A stretch of 64,000 nt of DNA from an uncultured bacterium. GTDB taxonomy: Bacteria > Krumholzibacteriota > Krumholzibacteriia > Krumholzibacteriales > Krumholzibacteriaceae. Shown here piece after piece: positions 48,549 through 57,507 of this stretch. Both the position numbers and the translations under genes were made by a program. Positions within the stretch are counted from its first letter, which is position 1. Each line of letters begins with the position of its first letter. Below the pieces are notes generated by a model, which saw only the letters and a program-made list of their open reading frames with translations, was not told the origin of the DNA and ran no database searches. The stretch spans positions 224,001-288,000 of the forward strand of contig CAWBAN010000001.1 in the NCBI GenBank assembly GCA_963786935.1, given 5' to 3'.

Positions 48549-49043
48549 CTATTTCAGCGCATATGGCGTGGCCTCGCCCGTCGCGAGATCGAAGACGATC
48601 CAGCCGGGAGGCTCGAGGAGCCCCATGAGCTCGCCGGGATTGACGAGCCACGCCGAACCGATCCGCTCGATCTTCCTGCGGTGCGTGTGCCCGTAGAAGA
48701 CGGCCGTGTACTTTTGCGTGCACGCGAGCCCGCGCGCGAACTCGGGGCGGTGGGTAAATGCGACGTCGCCGTTCTCCGTCTCGACGAAGCCGACCTCGCC
48801 GTGGAGCCTGACGTTCGGGAACTTCTTCGCCGCGACGGTGCCGATCGTGTAGCGGTCCCCCTCGTTGTTGCCGAAGACGACGTGCACCGGCCCCGCGAAG
48901 GCGGCGAGCCGGTCGACGACGAAGGGCGAGACGAGATCCCCGCAGTGAAAGAGCGCTGAGACGCCCGCCGCGTTGATCTTCGCGAGCGCCGCCTCGATGT
49001 TCTCGAGATGGTCGTGCGTATCGCTGATGACGGCCACGTTCAT
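48549..49043 (-). CDS. YfcE-family metallophosphoesterase
   Basis: ISDTHD, HCGD, FGNNE, FTH, YGHTH, NPGE. Confidence 0.9.
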   Translation of the reverse strand: MNVAVISDTHDHLENIEAALAKINAAGVSALFHCGDLVSPFVVDRLAAFAGPVHVVFGNNEGDRYTIGTVAAKKFPNVRLHGEVGFVETENGDVAFTHRPEFARGLACTQKYTAVFYGHTHRRKIERIGSAWLVNPGELMGLLEPPGWIVFDLATGEATPYALK

Positions 49044-49187
49044 CGAAGTTCCCTCCTCTCGGACAGAGCCGCATTATACCACGGAATCCCGTTTGATGAC
49101 GAACCGCGCGCATGGCACGCCTCTTGATTTACGCCTCTCCGGGAGGGCGCGCGCCCTCCTTCCATTCAAGCCGCGGAAGGAATCGGA

Positions 49188-51062
49188 ATGCCCGGAACGG
49201 AGAAAGCGAAAATCATTGATATGCAAGAGATTAAAGAATTGCACCATGGCTCGATCAGCGTCTGCATGATCGCCCGGGACGAGGAAGAGCGCATCGCCGA
49301 GGCGCTCGAGAGTGTCAAGGATCTTGCCGGCGAGCTGATTGTTGTCGATACAGGCTCGAAGGACGCCACGATGTTCGAGGCGAGGCGGCTCGGCGCGAAG
49401 GTGTACGAAATCCCCTGGAACGACGATTTCAGCGAGGCGCGGAACGTCGCGCTGTCGAAGGCGACGAGGGAATGGATCCTCGTCCTCGACGCGGACGAGC
49501 GCCTTTCCCGCGACGATCATGAAACGATCCGCGCTCTCGTGCGCGACGCGGCCTCGGAAGCATTCAGCTTCGAGCAGCGCACCTACACGAACGCGGCGTC
49601 CGGCCTGGGACTCCTCGCGGTACAAGACGAACGAGCGGCCTCGGGGTGCGCCGCGCATTTCAGCGTCACCCAGATCCGGCTCTTTCGCGCGGATGCGGAT
49701 ATCCGCTACGCCTGCGAGCTTCACGAGAGCGTCGAGGAATCGCTCCTCCTCGGGGGCATCCCTGTTCGCGACAGCGGGCTGGCGATCCATCACTACGGAA
49801 GAATCGCGCCCTCGGAGCGCGTCTCTCGGAAAGCGGCAGTCTGGTGCGCGCTCGCGCGGGAAGGCGTCGGGGCGTGTCCCGGCGCGCCGATGTATCTCTA
49901 CGAGATGGCGGTTCGGCTCCTCGAGCTCGGCCGCGTCGACGGGGCGCTGGCGCACGCGGAGACGGCGCTCGATCTCTATCCCGAACACTGGGAATTCTGG
50001 AACGTCGCGGGGCTCGCGCGCCTGCGGAGCGGCGATCGCGAAGCGGCCGCCGCCTGTTTTCGCGACGGGCTGCGCATCGCCGATGAGCCGCACGCCGAGC
50101 TCAGCAACAACATGGGGGTCGCGCTCCTCGAGAACGGCGAGAGCGCCGAGGCGCTCCTCCATTTCGAGCGCTCCCTCGATCTCGACCCGGACAACCCGGA
50201 CGTGCTGCGGAACGCGGCGACCGCGTGCGCCCTCGTCGGCGAGCTCGAACGGGGGCTCGAATATATCGCGCGCTCCATCGCGATCGATCCGTTCACGGCC
50301 CATTCTCACGCGGTCCACGCCGATCTCCGCTGCCGGATGAACGACTGTCCCGCGGCGGCGCGTATCCTCGACGCGATGCGGTTTCTTCCCGAAACGCCCT
50401 TCAAGGTGCGCCTCAAGATGATCCAGCTCTACATCCGCATGCACATGATCGACGAGGCGGACGCGGTCGTCCGGCGGGCCCTCGAGGAGTTCCCCGAGCG
50501 GGAGGACCTCCTCTACCTCGCGGGGAAGATCGCGGAGCTCCACGGCGACGACGACCGGGCGATCGGCCTCTATCGGGGCGCGCTCGCCGCGGGCGAGGGG
50601 CACGCCGACGCGCTCTCGAGCCTCGGCTGCATCTTCGAGCGCCGCTCGAACCTCGACGAGGCGCTCGCCGCGTTCCGCGAGGCGCTCCGCCTCAAGCCGC
50701 TCGACGCGCGGCTCGAGGTGAACGTCGGCATCGTTCTCGATAAGCTCGGCCGGCTCGAGGAGGCGGAACGCCACTTCGAGAACGTGATCGGGAAGGAAGC
50801 GGAATCCGGATTCGCCTGCAACGCCCTCGGGTGCCACCTCGCCAAATCGAACAAACTCGACGAGGCGCTCGTCTATTTCACGAAGGCGGTCGAGCTCGAG
50901 TCCGGCAACGCGATGTACTACCAGAACCTCGGGCTCGCCTGCGAACGGATGAATCTGAACGACCGCGCGGCGGCCGTGTACGAGCGCATGGCGGCGATCG
51001 ATCCGGGAACCGCGCCGTTCGCGCGCGAGCGGCTCATGCGTCTCAAGAATCCGATCGGTTAG
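49188..51062 (+). CDS. Glycosyltransferase family 2 with C-terminal TPR repeats (start may be 49221)
   Basis: ISVCMIARDEE, VVDTGSKD, W.DDFSEARN, LVLDADE, HE, IHHYG; many TPRs. Confidence 0.88.
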   Translation: MPGTEKAKIIDMQEIKELHHGSISVCMIARDEEERIAEALESVKDLAGELIVVDTGSKDATMFEARRLGAKVYEIPWNDDFSEARNVALSKATREWILVLDADERLSRDDHETIRALVRDAASEAFSFEQRTYTNAASGLGLLAVQDERAASGCAAHFSVTQIRLFRADADIRYACELHESVEESLLLGGIPVRDSGLAIHHYGRIAPSERVSRKAAVWCALAREGVGACPGAPMYLYEMAVRLLELGRVDGALAHAETALDLYPEHWEFWNVAGLARLRSGDREAAAACFRDGLRIADEPHAELSNNMGVALLENGESAEALLHFERSLDLDPDNPDVLRNAATACALVGELERGLEYIARSIAIDPFTAHSHAVHADLRCRMNDCPAAARILDAMRFLPETPFKVRLKMIQLYIRMHMIDEADAVVRRALEEFPEREDLLYLAGKIAELHGDDDRAIGLYRGALAAGEGHADALSSLGCIFERRSNLDEALAAFREALRLKPLDARLEVNVGIVLDKLGRLEEAERHFENVIGKEAESGFACNALGCHLAKSNKLDEALVYFTKAVELESGNAMYYQNLGLACERMNLNDRAAAVYERMAAIDPGTAPFARERLMRLKNPIG

Positions 51063-51207
51063 GGGCGCCGCCGGCGCCGGTTTCCGGACAACGGGCTTCC
51101 GGGCGCATCTCCCTCCATCAATCTCCCGCCTTGAACGGGACCGGCGTTCCATGAGACAATGGGCGAACGATGAATGCATTCGTTCGCATCAGCCGGGAGG
51201 CGCGCGC

Positions 51208-52014
51208 ATGAAACGTCCCGAGATCGGGCTCGCCCTGAGCGGCGGCGTGGCGAAGAGCGCGGCGCACATCGGGGTCCTTCGCGCCCTCGTCGAACAGAAG
51301 ATCAAGATCGACTATCTCGCCGGCACGAGCGGCGGCGCGATCGTGGCCTCGTTCTTCGCCGCGGGAAAATCGGTCGCCGAGCTCGAGGCGCTGGGCACGG
51401 GCATGCACTGGAAGGACCTCGCCGGGATCACAGTGCCCCGCCTCGGATTCCTTTCCGGCGAGAAGGTGAGGAAGTTCGTCGCGGACGAGATCGGGGACGT
51501 CGAGTTCCGCGATCTCAAGATCCCCCTCGCGATCGTCGCGTCCGATCTCACCGCGGGAACGCGCAGGGTGTTCACCACGGGGAAGGTCGCGCTCGCGTGC
51601 CAGGCGAGCAGCGCGGTCCCCGAGTTCTACACGCCGGTCGAAATCGGCGGGCATCTCTTCATCGACGGCGGGCTCTCGGAGTACGTTCCCATCGAGGCCC
51701 TCGCTTCGCTCGGGGATATGTTCCGGATCGGCGTCAATCTCGGCTTCGAGCGGGGATCGAAGCGCAAGCCGCGCAATCTCATTGAGGTGACCTTCGAGGT
51801 CACCAACTACATCTCGCAGCAGAACGCCGCGATCTCGGAGCGGCATGCGGACTTCATGATCAAGCCCGATCTCAGCGCATTCACGCCGTTCGACCTCGTC
51901 CGAGCCGCGGAGATGATCAGGACCGGATATCTCGAGACGATGCGCATCATCCCGGAGCTCAACGCGGCGCTTCTCGCCCGCGGCGCGGGACCAGCGACGG
52001 AGGACACGGCATGA
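51208..52014 (+). CDS. Patatin-like phospholipase
   Basis: LALSGG..AHIGVL, GTSGG nucleophile, ASSAVP, DGG. Confidence 0.9.
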   Translation: MKRPEIGLALSGGVAKSAAHIGVLRALVEQKIKIDYLAGTSGGAIVASFFAAGKSVAELEALGTGMHWKDLAGITVPRLGFLSGEKVRKFVADEIGDVEFRDLKIPLAIVASDLTAGTRRVFTTGKVALACQASSAVPEFYTPVEIGGHLFIDGGLSEYVPIEALASLGDMFRIGVNLGFERGSKRKPRNLIEVTFEVTNYISQQNAAISERHADFMIKPDLSAFTPFDLVRAAEMIRTGYLETMRIIPELNAALLARGAGPATEDTA

Positions 52015-52856
52015 AGCTCGGTCAGTTCGAAATCAGGGCGGTCGAAACGGGGCGGTTCAGGCTCGACGGGGGGGCGATGTTCGGCGTGGTGCCGAAGGTG
52101 CTCTGGAGCAGGACGAATCCCGCCGACGAGAGCAACCGGATCGCGATGGCGATGCGGGTCCTCTACGTCGAGGGGGACGGGCGCCGGCTCCTCGTCGACG
52201 GCGGCTCGGGCACGGATTTCGGCGAGAAGATGAATCGCATATACCAGATAGAGACGCGGGGGCTCCGCGCGGCGCTCGAGAGCGCGCGCATCGATCCCGA
52301 TTCGATCACCGACGCGATCGCGACGCATCTGCACTTCGATCACGCGGGGGGATTCTGCCGCCGCGGCCCCGGCGGAGGGATCGTCGTCACGCTGCCCCGG
52401 GCGATCCACCACATCCAGCGCCGGCAGTGGGAGACGGCGCTCAGCCCGACCGAGAAGGACCGCGCGAGCTTCTTCCCCGAGTTCCTCCTGCCGATCGAGA
52501 AGGCGGGGCTCCTGCGCCTCGCCGACGGCATCGTCGAGATATTCCCCGGCGTCACGCTTATCCCGACCGACGGACACACCTTCGGACACCAGGTCGTGCT
52601 CGTGTCGACCGCCGAGGGGAGTCTCCTGTACTGCGGCGATCTCATCCCGCTCGCATCGCACGTCAATCTGCCGTACATCATGGCGTACGATCATTTTCCC
52701 CTCAAGACGCTCGAGGAGAAGCGCCAGATGCTCGGGCGGGCCGCCGACGAGGGATGGATTCTCTTCTTCGAGCACGACCCCGAGATCGCCGCCGCGCGCG
52801 TGCGGCGGACCGATTCGGACGGATTCATAATCACGGACATCGTGGAGATCGGATAG
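52011..52856 (+). CDS. MBL-fold metallo-hydrolase (YtnP-like)
   Basis: LDGGAMFGVVPK, THLHFDHAGG, GHTFGH, GDLIP, FFEHDP. Confidence 0.9.
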   Translation: MKLGQFEIRAVETGRFRLDGGAMFGVVPKVLWSRTNPADESNRIAMAMRVLYVEGDGRRLLVDGGSGTDFGEKMNRIYQIETRGLRAALESARIDPDSITDAIATHLHFDHAGGFCRRGPGGGIVVTLPRAIHHIQRRQWETALSPTEKDRASFFPEFLLPIEKAGLLRLADGIVEIFPGVTLIPTDGHTFGHQVVLVSTAEGSLLYCGDLIPLASHVNLPYIMAYDHFPLKTLEEKRQMLGRAADEGWILFFEHDPEIAAARVRRTDSDGFIITDIVEIG

Positions 52857-52862
52857 CGCCCC

Positions 52863-53414
52863 ATGGGAGACGATGCCGAGCTGATGCGTCGGACCGCGCG
52901 CGGGGATTCGAGCGCCTTTCGGGGGCTCGTGGAGCGCCACGAGAAAGCGGGCTTCCGCTTCTTCCTGCGCCTCACCGGCAGCCCCGAGGACGCCGAAGAT
53001 CTCACGCAGGAGCTCTTCGTCGCGATCTTCCGCTCGGCGGGGCGGTACACGGCCGATGCCCCCTTCAAAGCGTTTTTCTACCGCATCGCATCGAACCTCT
53101 CGGCGAGCTACCTGCGGAAGCGGAAGCTCCGGGCGGCGCCGTCGATCGACGAAATGGTCGATCGGGGTTTCGACGCGGCGTCCACGCGGCACGAGGACGA
53201 TCCGGCCCTGTCCCTCGCCGGACGGGAGCTGCGGCGGCGCTACGAACGCGCGCTCGCCGATCTTCCGCGCGACTGGCGGATTGCGCTCGAGCTGCGAGTC
53301 ACCGGGGAGCTCTCGTACGAGGAGATCGCCGCGGCGACGGGGAAGAGCGTCTCGGCGGTGGAGTCGATCCTCGTGAGGGCGCGTGAGCGCATAGCCGAGA
53401 AACTGGACGATTGA
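52863..53414 (+). CDS. ECF RNA polymerase sigma factor
   Basis: GD..AF..LV.RH, DAEDLTQELF, region 4 LSYEEIA...VES.L.RAR. Confidence 0.92.
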   Translation: MGDDAELMRRTARGDSSAFRGLVERHEKAGFRFFLRLTGSPEDAEDLTQELFVAIFRSAGRYTADAPFKAFFYRIASNLSASYLRKRKLRAAPSIDEMVDRGFDAASTRHEDDPALSLAGRELRRRYERALADLPRDWRIALELRVTGELSYEEIAAATGKSVSAVESILVRARERIAEKLDD

Positions 53415-53488
53415 TGAATATTTTTTCTATTTTTCCGCAGGACATCGCGCGCTCGCGCGATGAAACAGAGGAAGAGGAGGAGCCCGGA

Positions 53489-53935
53489 ATGGATTGCCGG
53501 AGATTTCGGACGATGGTTTCCCGGGAGCTCGACGGAGCGCTCGACGGGGCCGGACGGGAAAAGCTCGACGCGCACCTCGCCTTATGCGGGGGGTGCCGGA
53601 GATTCAAGGAGCTTTCGCTCGCCGGCCTGTCGGCGCATCGCTCCGTGCGGGACGTCGAACCGCCCCCATCGCTGCTGCCGTCGATACTCGCGGCCGTCGA
53701 GGCCGCCCCGCGCCGGCGGCGGATGAGCGGATGGCTGCGGATCGCCGTGCCGGCCGCGGCCGCGGCCGCGGCGGTCGTCGGCGTCTGGATGGGAGGTCTC
53801 ATGCGCGAGACCTACGTTCCGGCGGGCGCGGGAAGCCAGACGGACGTTCTCGAGCTCACGTATCTCGACGAATATCCGCCCGGCTCGATGGGCGACATCC
53901 TCATGGTTTCGAACGGAGGAGGCGGAGATGAGTAG
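53489..53935 (+). CDS. Zinc-binding anti-sigma factor (zf-HC2/ZAS) with TM helix
   Basis: MDC...LDG.L...HLALCGGC (HxxxCxxC), followed by a TM segment. Confidence 0.88.
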   Translation: MDCRRFRTMVSRELDGALDGAGREKLDAHLALCGGCRRFKELSLAGLSAHRSVRDVEPPPSLLPSILAAVEAAPRRRRMSGWLRIAVPAAAAAAAVVGVWMGGLMRETYVPAGAGSQTDVLELTYLDEYPPGSMGDILMVSNGGGGDE

Positions 53936-54458
53936 GGACGGCTTGAAGATCGCCCTCGTTCTGTCTCTTGCCTTCAACGTGGCCGTGATCGGGGCCTTCA
54001 TCTACGGTCTGGCCGGCGGGCCGATGCCGGGACGGTTCGGCCGTCCGCCGGCGTGCGGGCCGGGAGATCCGTTCGGCGGCCGCGGGATACGGCTCGCGAG
54101 GCAGATCGGCGTTCCGCACGAGCGCGCCATGCATTTCTCGCGGATCATGGCCGATTCGGCGGAAGGCATGCGGGATCTGCGCGAGACCCTGCAGCGCAGA
54201 CGCGGAGAGCTCGTCGAGCTCATCGGCGCGAGCGAGCCCGACGAGGCGGCGATCATGGCGAAGGTCGATGAAATATCGGCCATTCAGGGACAATTGGAGC
54301 GGAAGCTCATCCACCGGGTGCTGGGAGCGAGCTCGACGCTGCGGCCGCAGGAGCGGGCGCGGCTCATGCTCATGATTCGAACCAGATGCGGTGGGTGCGA
54401 CATTGGTGTTCCGGAATGCCCCGAAGGGGCGGGAAAGGAAAGTGAGGTCGGGAAATGA
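53928..54458 (+). CDS. Periplasmic heavy-metal sensor-like protein (Spy/CpxP/CnrX-like helical domain)
   Basis: TM with SLAFN motif, helical hairpin (..PDEAAIMAKVDEI..), LRPQER, C-terminal CGGC..C. Confidence 0.75.
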   Translation: MSRDGLKIALVLSLAFNVAVIGAFIYGLAGGPMPGRFGRPPACGPGDPFGGRGIRLARQIGVPHERAMHFSRIMADSAEGMRDLRETLQRRRGELVELIGASEPDEAAIMAKVDEISAIQGQLERKLIHRVLGASSTLRPQERARLMLMIRTRCGGCDIGVPECPEGAGKESEVGK

Positions 54459-55396
54459 AGAAAGGTCTCGTGATTCTCGTTGCTCTGTCGATCGCGCTGC
54501 TCATGGGCTCGTCGATGCTTCTCGCGCAGGAAAAGGCGTGCGCCGAAAAGGGGAAGGCGGCGTGCGCAAAGGAGATGAAGCTCACCGACGAGCAGAAGGC
54601 GAAAATCGATGAGATGAAGACGAACCTCCGCCTGAAGATGATCGATCTCAAGGCGGAACGGGAAAAGCTCGCCATCGCGCTGAAGACGGAGATGAAGAAG
54701 CCGGAGCCCTCCATGCAGGAGATCGAGGGAATCGTGAAGAAGCTCTCCGCGGTTCGGGAGAAGATCCAGCTCGCGATGATCGAGCACCGGCTCGCGATGC
54801 GGAAGCTCGTCGGTCCCGAGGGCTGCAAGGGCCGATGCATGGGAATGGAAGAAGGGTGCGGGGAGATGGAGGCAATGGGCGGCTGCCGCGAGGAAATGGC
54901 GGGCGGCGGCGAGGGGCATGACTGCCGAATGATGGGAAATAAGCAGAAAGGGATGCGCGAGGGATGCGGGATGCAGGCCCCGCGCATGATGGTTGTCAAA
55001 ACCGACGGATCCGGCTGCACGATGGGGCAGGGCGCGCCGGGGGCCGGCTGCGGCATGCGCGCCATGGCCGCCGGCTGCGGCGGCGGCGCCGCGCAGAGCG
55101 AGTGCACGGTCATCGTGATGAAGAAGGGTGGAGCGTGCTCCCCGCAGATTCACGACAAATGGGCCCATAGAATGTTCCGGCCGTGGGGCAAGCAGAACTG
55201 CTGCCCGTCGATGATGGGAAAAGGCGGCGCGCATAGCTGCGGCGCGGACGCGATGAAGGGCGGCTGCAAGATGGGAAAGGCCGACATGAACAGCGGCTGC
55301 AAGATGGGGAAGGGTGGCGCCGAGGGCTGCATGAAGAAATGCGCCGAGAAAGAGATCAAGTGCGAGGTGAAGGTCACGGAAGAGCCGAAGAAGTAA
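54455..55396 (+). CDS. Secreted Spy/CpxP/ZraP-like (LTxxQ) protein with long Cys/Met/Gly-rich tail
   Basis: Signal peptide, LTDEQ motif, helical domain, then about 190 aa of xGC/Met-rich sequence. Confidence 0.75.
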   Translation: MKKGLVILVALSIALLMGSSMLLAQEKACAEKGKAACAKEMKLTDEQKAKIDEMKTNLRLKMIDLKAEREKLAIALKTEMKKPEPSMQEIEGIVKKLSAVREKIQLAMIEHRLAMRKLVGPEGCKGRCMGMEEGCGEMEAMGGCREEMAGGGEGHDCRMMGNKQKGMREGCGMQAPRMMVVKTDGSGCTMGQGAPGAGCGMRAMAAGCGGGAAQSECTVIVMKKGGACSPQIHDKWAHRMFRPWGKQNCCPSMMGKGGAHSCGADAMKGGCKMGKADMNSGCKMGKGGAEGCMKKCAEKEIKCEVKVTEEPKK

Positions 55397-55425
55397 CGTC
55401 GTTTTCCATACGGGGGGAACGTCGA

Positions 55426-55490
55426 GGGGCGGCCGCGCGGCCGCCCCGGAATATTCATCGAGGCGGCTATCGAGCCGCCTCGATCTCTTT
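55426..55490. terminator. Twin hairpins between convergent genes (probable terminators)
   Basis: GGGGCGGCC-gcgc-GGCCGCCCC and ATCGAGGCGGCT-atcg-AGCCGCCTCGAT-ctcttt. Confidence 0.6.
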
Positions 55491-55499
55491 ATCCGCCCG

Positions 55500-56177
55500 T
55501 CACAGGCGGATCGCCGTCGTGAAATAGAAGAACAGGCCGCTGTAGTCGATTTCCATCTTCATGCCCGGCTCGAACGAAGCGGGATCGCCGTACTTGTCCG
55601 TGAAGTCCGTGATCTTGAGCCCGCGATACCCGAGCTGAAAGCCGACCTCGATCGGATTCATGAAATTCGTGTGGGCCTCCGCGTAGATCTCGTATCCCTC
55701 GTCCTTTCCCTTATACTCGGAGAACCGGCGCTCGATGACCTCGTTTGTGCCGTAAACCGCTTCGGCGAAGCAGTAATTCGATCCGACGCACAGGTTCATC
55801 GCGTTTTCGATCTTGATCGCCGCGACGATCGCCCCCACGGTGTACACGTCGCCCGGAGCGCGATACGAGAGGGTGGCGGACGATCCCTCGGATTCCGTCT
55901 CCCCCCAGAAGTGCTCGAACCCCCCCGTGAGCGCCACGAGGCCGTACATCCAGGCCCTTCCCTCGATGCGGAAATTCACGCCGCTCGTCAGCCCGTCGAA
56001 TTTCACGTTCCGTTCCTGCGCGACGTGCCCGAGATGCGTGTTCAGCGCCTCCATATCGTAGTACCCGGCGCCGATGCCGCCGACCACCGAAAAGCCCAAC
56101 GGGAAGGATTCGGCCCGCGCGAACGCGAGCACGAGCACCGTCAGAAAAAAAACCGCCGTTCGAATGCCGCGCATCAT
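55500..56177 (-). CDS. Hypothetical outer membrane beta-barrel protein
   Basis: Signal peptide, about eight amphipathic strands, ...IDYSGLFFYFTTAIRL end. Confidence 0.65.
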   Translation of the reverse strand: MMRGIRTAVFFLTVLVLAFARAESFPLGFSVVGGIGAGYYDMEALNTHLGHVAQERNVKFDGLTSGVNFRIEGRAWMYGLVALTGGFEHFWGETESEGSSATLSYRAPGDVYTVGAIVAAIKIENAMNLCVGSNYCFAEAVYGTNEVIERRFSEYKGKDEGYEIYAEAHTNFMNPIEVGFQLGYRGLKITDFTDKYGDPASFEPGMKMEIDYSGLFFYFTTAIRL

Positions 56178-56214
56178 ATCGTCTCCTTCACTGATGGTCA
56201 TCCGGCGCGCCGTG

Positions 56215-57414
56215 TCATGGCGCGCTCCGCTCGAGATATCCCGCGAGCCTGCGCATCCCCTCGACGATGTTCTCGAGCGAGTTCGCGTAGGAAATCCGCA
56301 CATATCCCTCGCCGTGCTCGCCGAAGTCGATTCCGGGCGTCACGGCGACCCCCGCTTTGTCGAGTAGGTCGAAGGCGAGTGCGTACGAGTCCGCGCCGAA
56401 CGCGGACGCGTTCACGAAAAAGTAGAACGCCCCCTGCGGCTCGACGGGACAGCGGAGGCCGAGCTTCGGGAGCGCTTCCAATAGGTACTTGCGTCGGGCG
56501 TCGTACTGACGCCTCATATCCTCGATCTCGGGATGATTCTCCGTGAGCGCCGCGATTCCGCCGCGCTGGACGAAGGAGTTCGGGCAGATGAAGAAATTCT
56601 GCTGGAGAATCTGGAGGCGCCTCATATGGCGCGCGGGCGCGATGATATAGCCGAGCCGCCAGCCCGTCATCGCGAAGAGCTTCGAGAAGCCGTTGAGGAC
56701 GAACGCGTCGTCCGCGAACTCGAGGGCGGAATGCTCCGTGTCCCCGTACACGAGGCCGTGATAAATCTCGTCCGAGATCACCGGAACGCCGAGGCCGCAG
56801 ATCTCGGCGAGGTCCCGCTTCGGGATCAGCGTGCCGGCGGGATTCGAGGGGGAATTGACGATGACGGCGCGGGTCCGGGGGCCGATCGCCGCGCGGACGG
56901 CGTCCGGTTTGAGCTGAAATCCCTCCTCCTCGACGACCCGTATGCACCGGGGCGTCCCCCGGAGATACTTGATGAAATTCGAATAGCACGGGTAGCCCGG
57001 ATTGCCGATGATGATCTCGTCCCCCGGATCCTCGATGAGGAGCGAGAGAACGAGGAGCATCGCGGGGGAGGTTCCCATCGTCACAATGACGCGCTCTTCG
57101 GCCACGCGCGATCCGTAGCGGCGCTCGTGGTACCGGGCGACGGCCGCGCGGAGCTCCGCGATGCCGCGGCTGTCGGTATAGTGCGTTTCTCCTTTCGCGA
57201 GGGCCTCCGTCGCGGCACGGACGATGCGGGGAGGCGTCGGGAAGTCGGGCTCACCGACCTCGAGGTGGATGATCGAGCGTCCTTCGCGCTCGAGGGCGAG
57301 CGCCTTCTCGAGCACTTCCATGACGATGAAGGGGCGCAGCGCCGACAATCGATCCGCCCCGCCGCCAGGGGCTTCGGGCGCGCGATTCCCGGCGGATGTT
57401 CTGCTCGATTTCAT
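56215..57414 (-). CDS. PLP-dependent aminotransferase class I/II (AspC-like)
   Basis: LEVGEPDF, NSPSNPAG, ISDEIY, GFSKLFAMTGWRLGY, GAFY, YVRISYA. Confidence 0.93.
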   Translation of the reverse strand: MKSSRTSAGNRAPEAPGGGADRLSALRPFIVMEVLEKALALEREGRSIIHLEVGEPDFPTPPRIVRAATEALAKGETHYTDSRGIAELRAAVARYHERRYGSRVAEERVIVTMGTSPAMLLVLSLLIEDPGDEIIIGNPGYPCYSNFIKYLRGTPRCIRVVEEEGFQLKPDAVRAAIGPRTRAVIVNSPSNPAGTLIPKRDLAEICGLGVPVISDEIYHGLVYGDTEHSALEFADDAFVLNGFSKLFAMTGWRLGYIIAPARHMRRLQILQQNFFICPNSFVQRGGIAALTENHPEIEDMRRQYDARRKYLLEALPKLGLRCPVEPQGAFYFFVNASAFGADSYALAFDLLDKAGVAVTPGIDFGEHGEGYVRISYANSLENIVEGMRRLAGYLERSAP

Positions 57415-57507
57415 GCGTCCATTCTCGAAAAAGTCCCACGGTGCCGGCACGATATACATGAAACATAATCTCGGAGCCGGAGCCAAGTCAAACACATCGT
57501 TCGGCGG

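Noticed and set aside
51208..52856. Patatin + MBL hydrolase as a CBASS/Pycsar-like defence pair
   Set aside because: No cyclase nearby; the patatin is RssA/NTE-like and the MBL is YtnP-like, both common housekeeping types.
54455..55396. Cys-rich protein as a multiheme cytochrome or RiPP precursor
   Set aside because: No CxxCH motifs, and no radical SAM, YcaO or lanthionine synthetase genes nearby.
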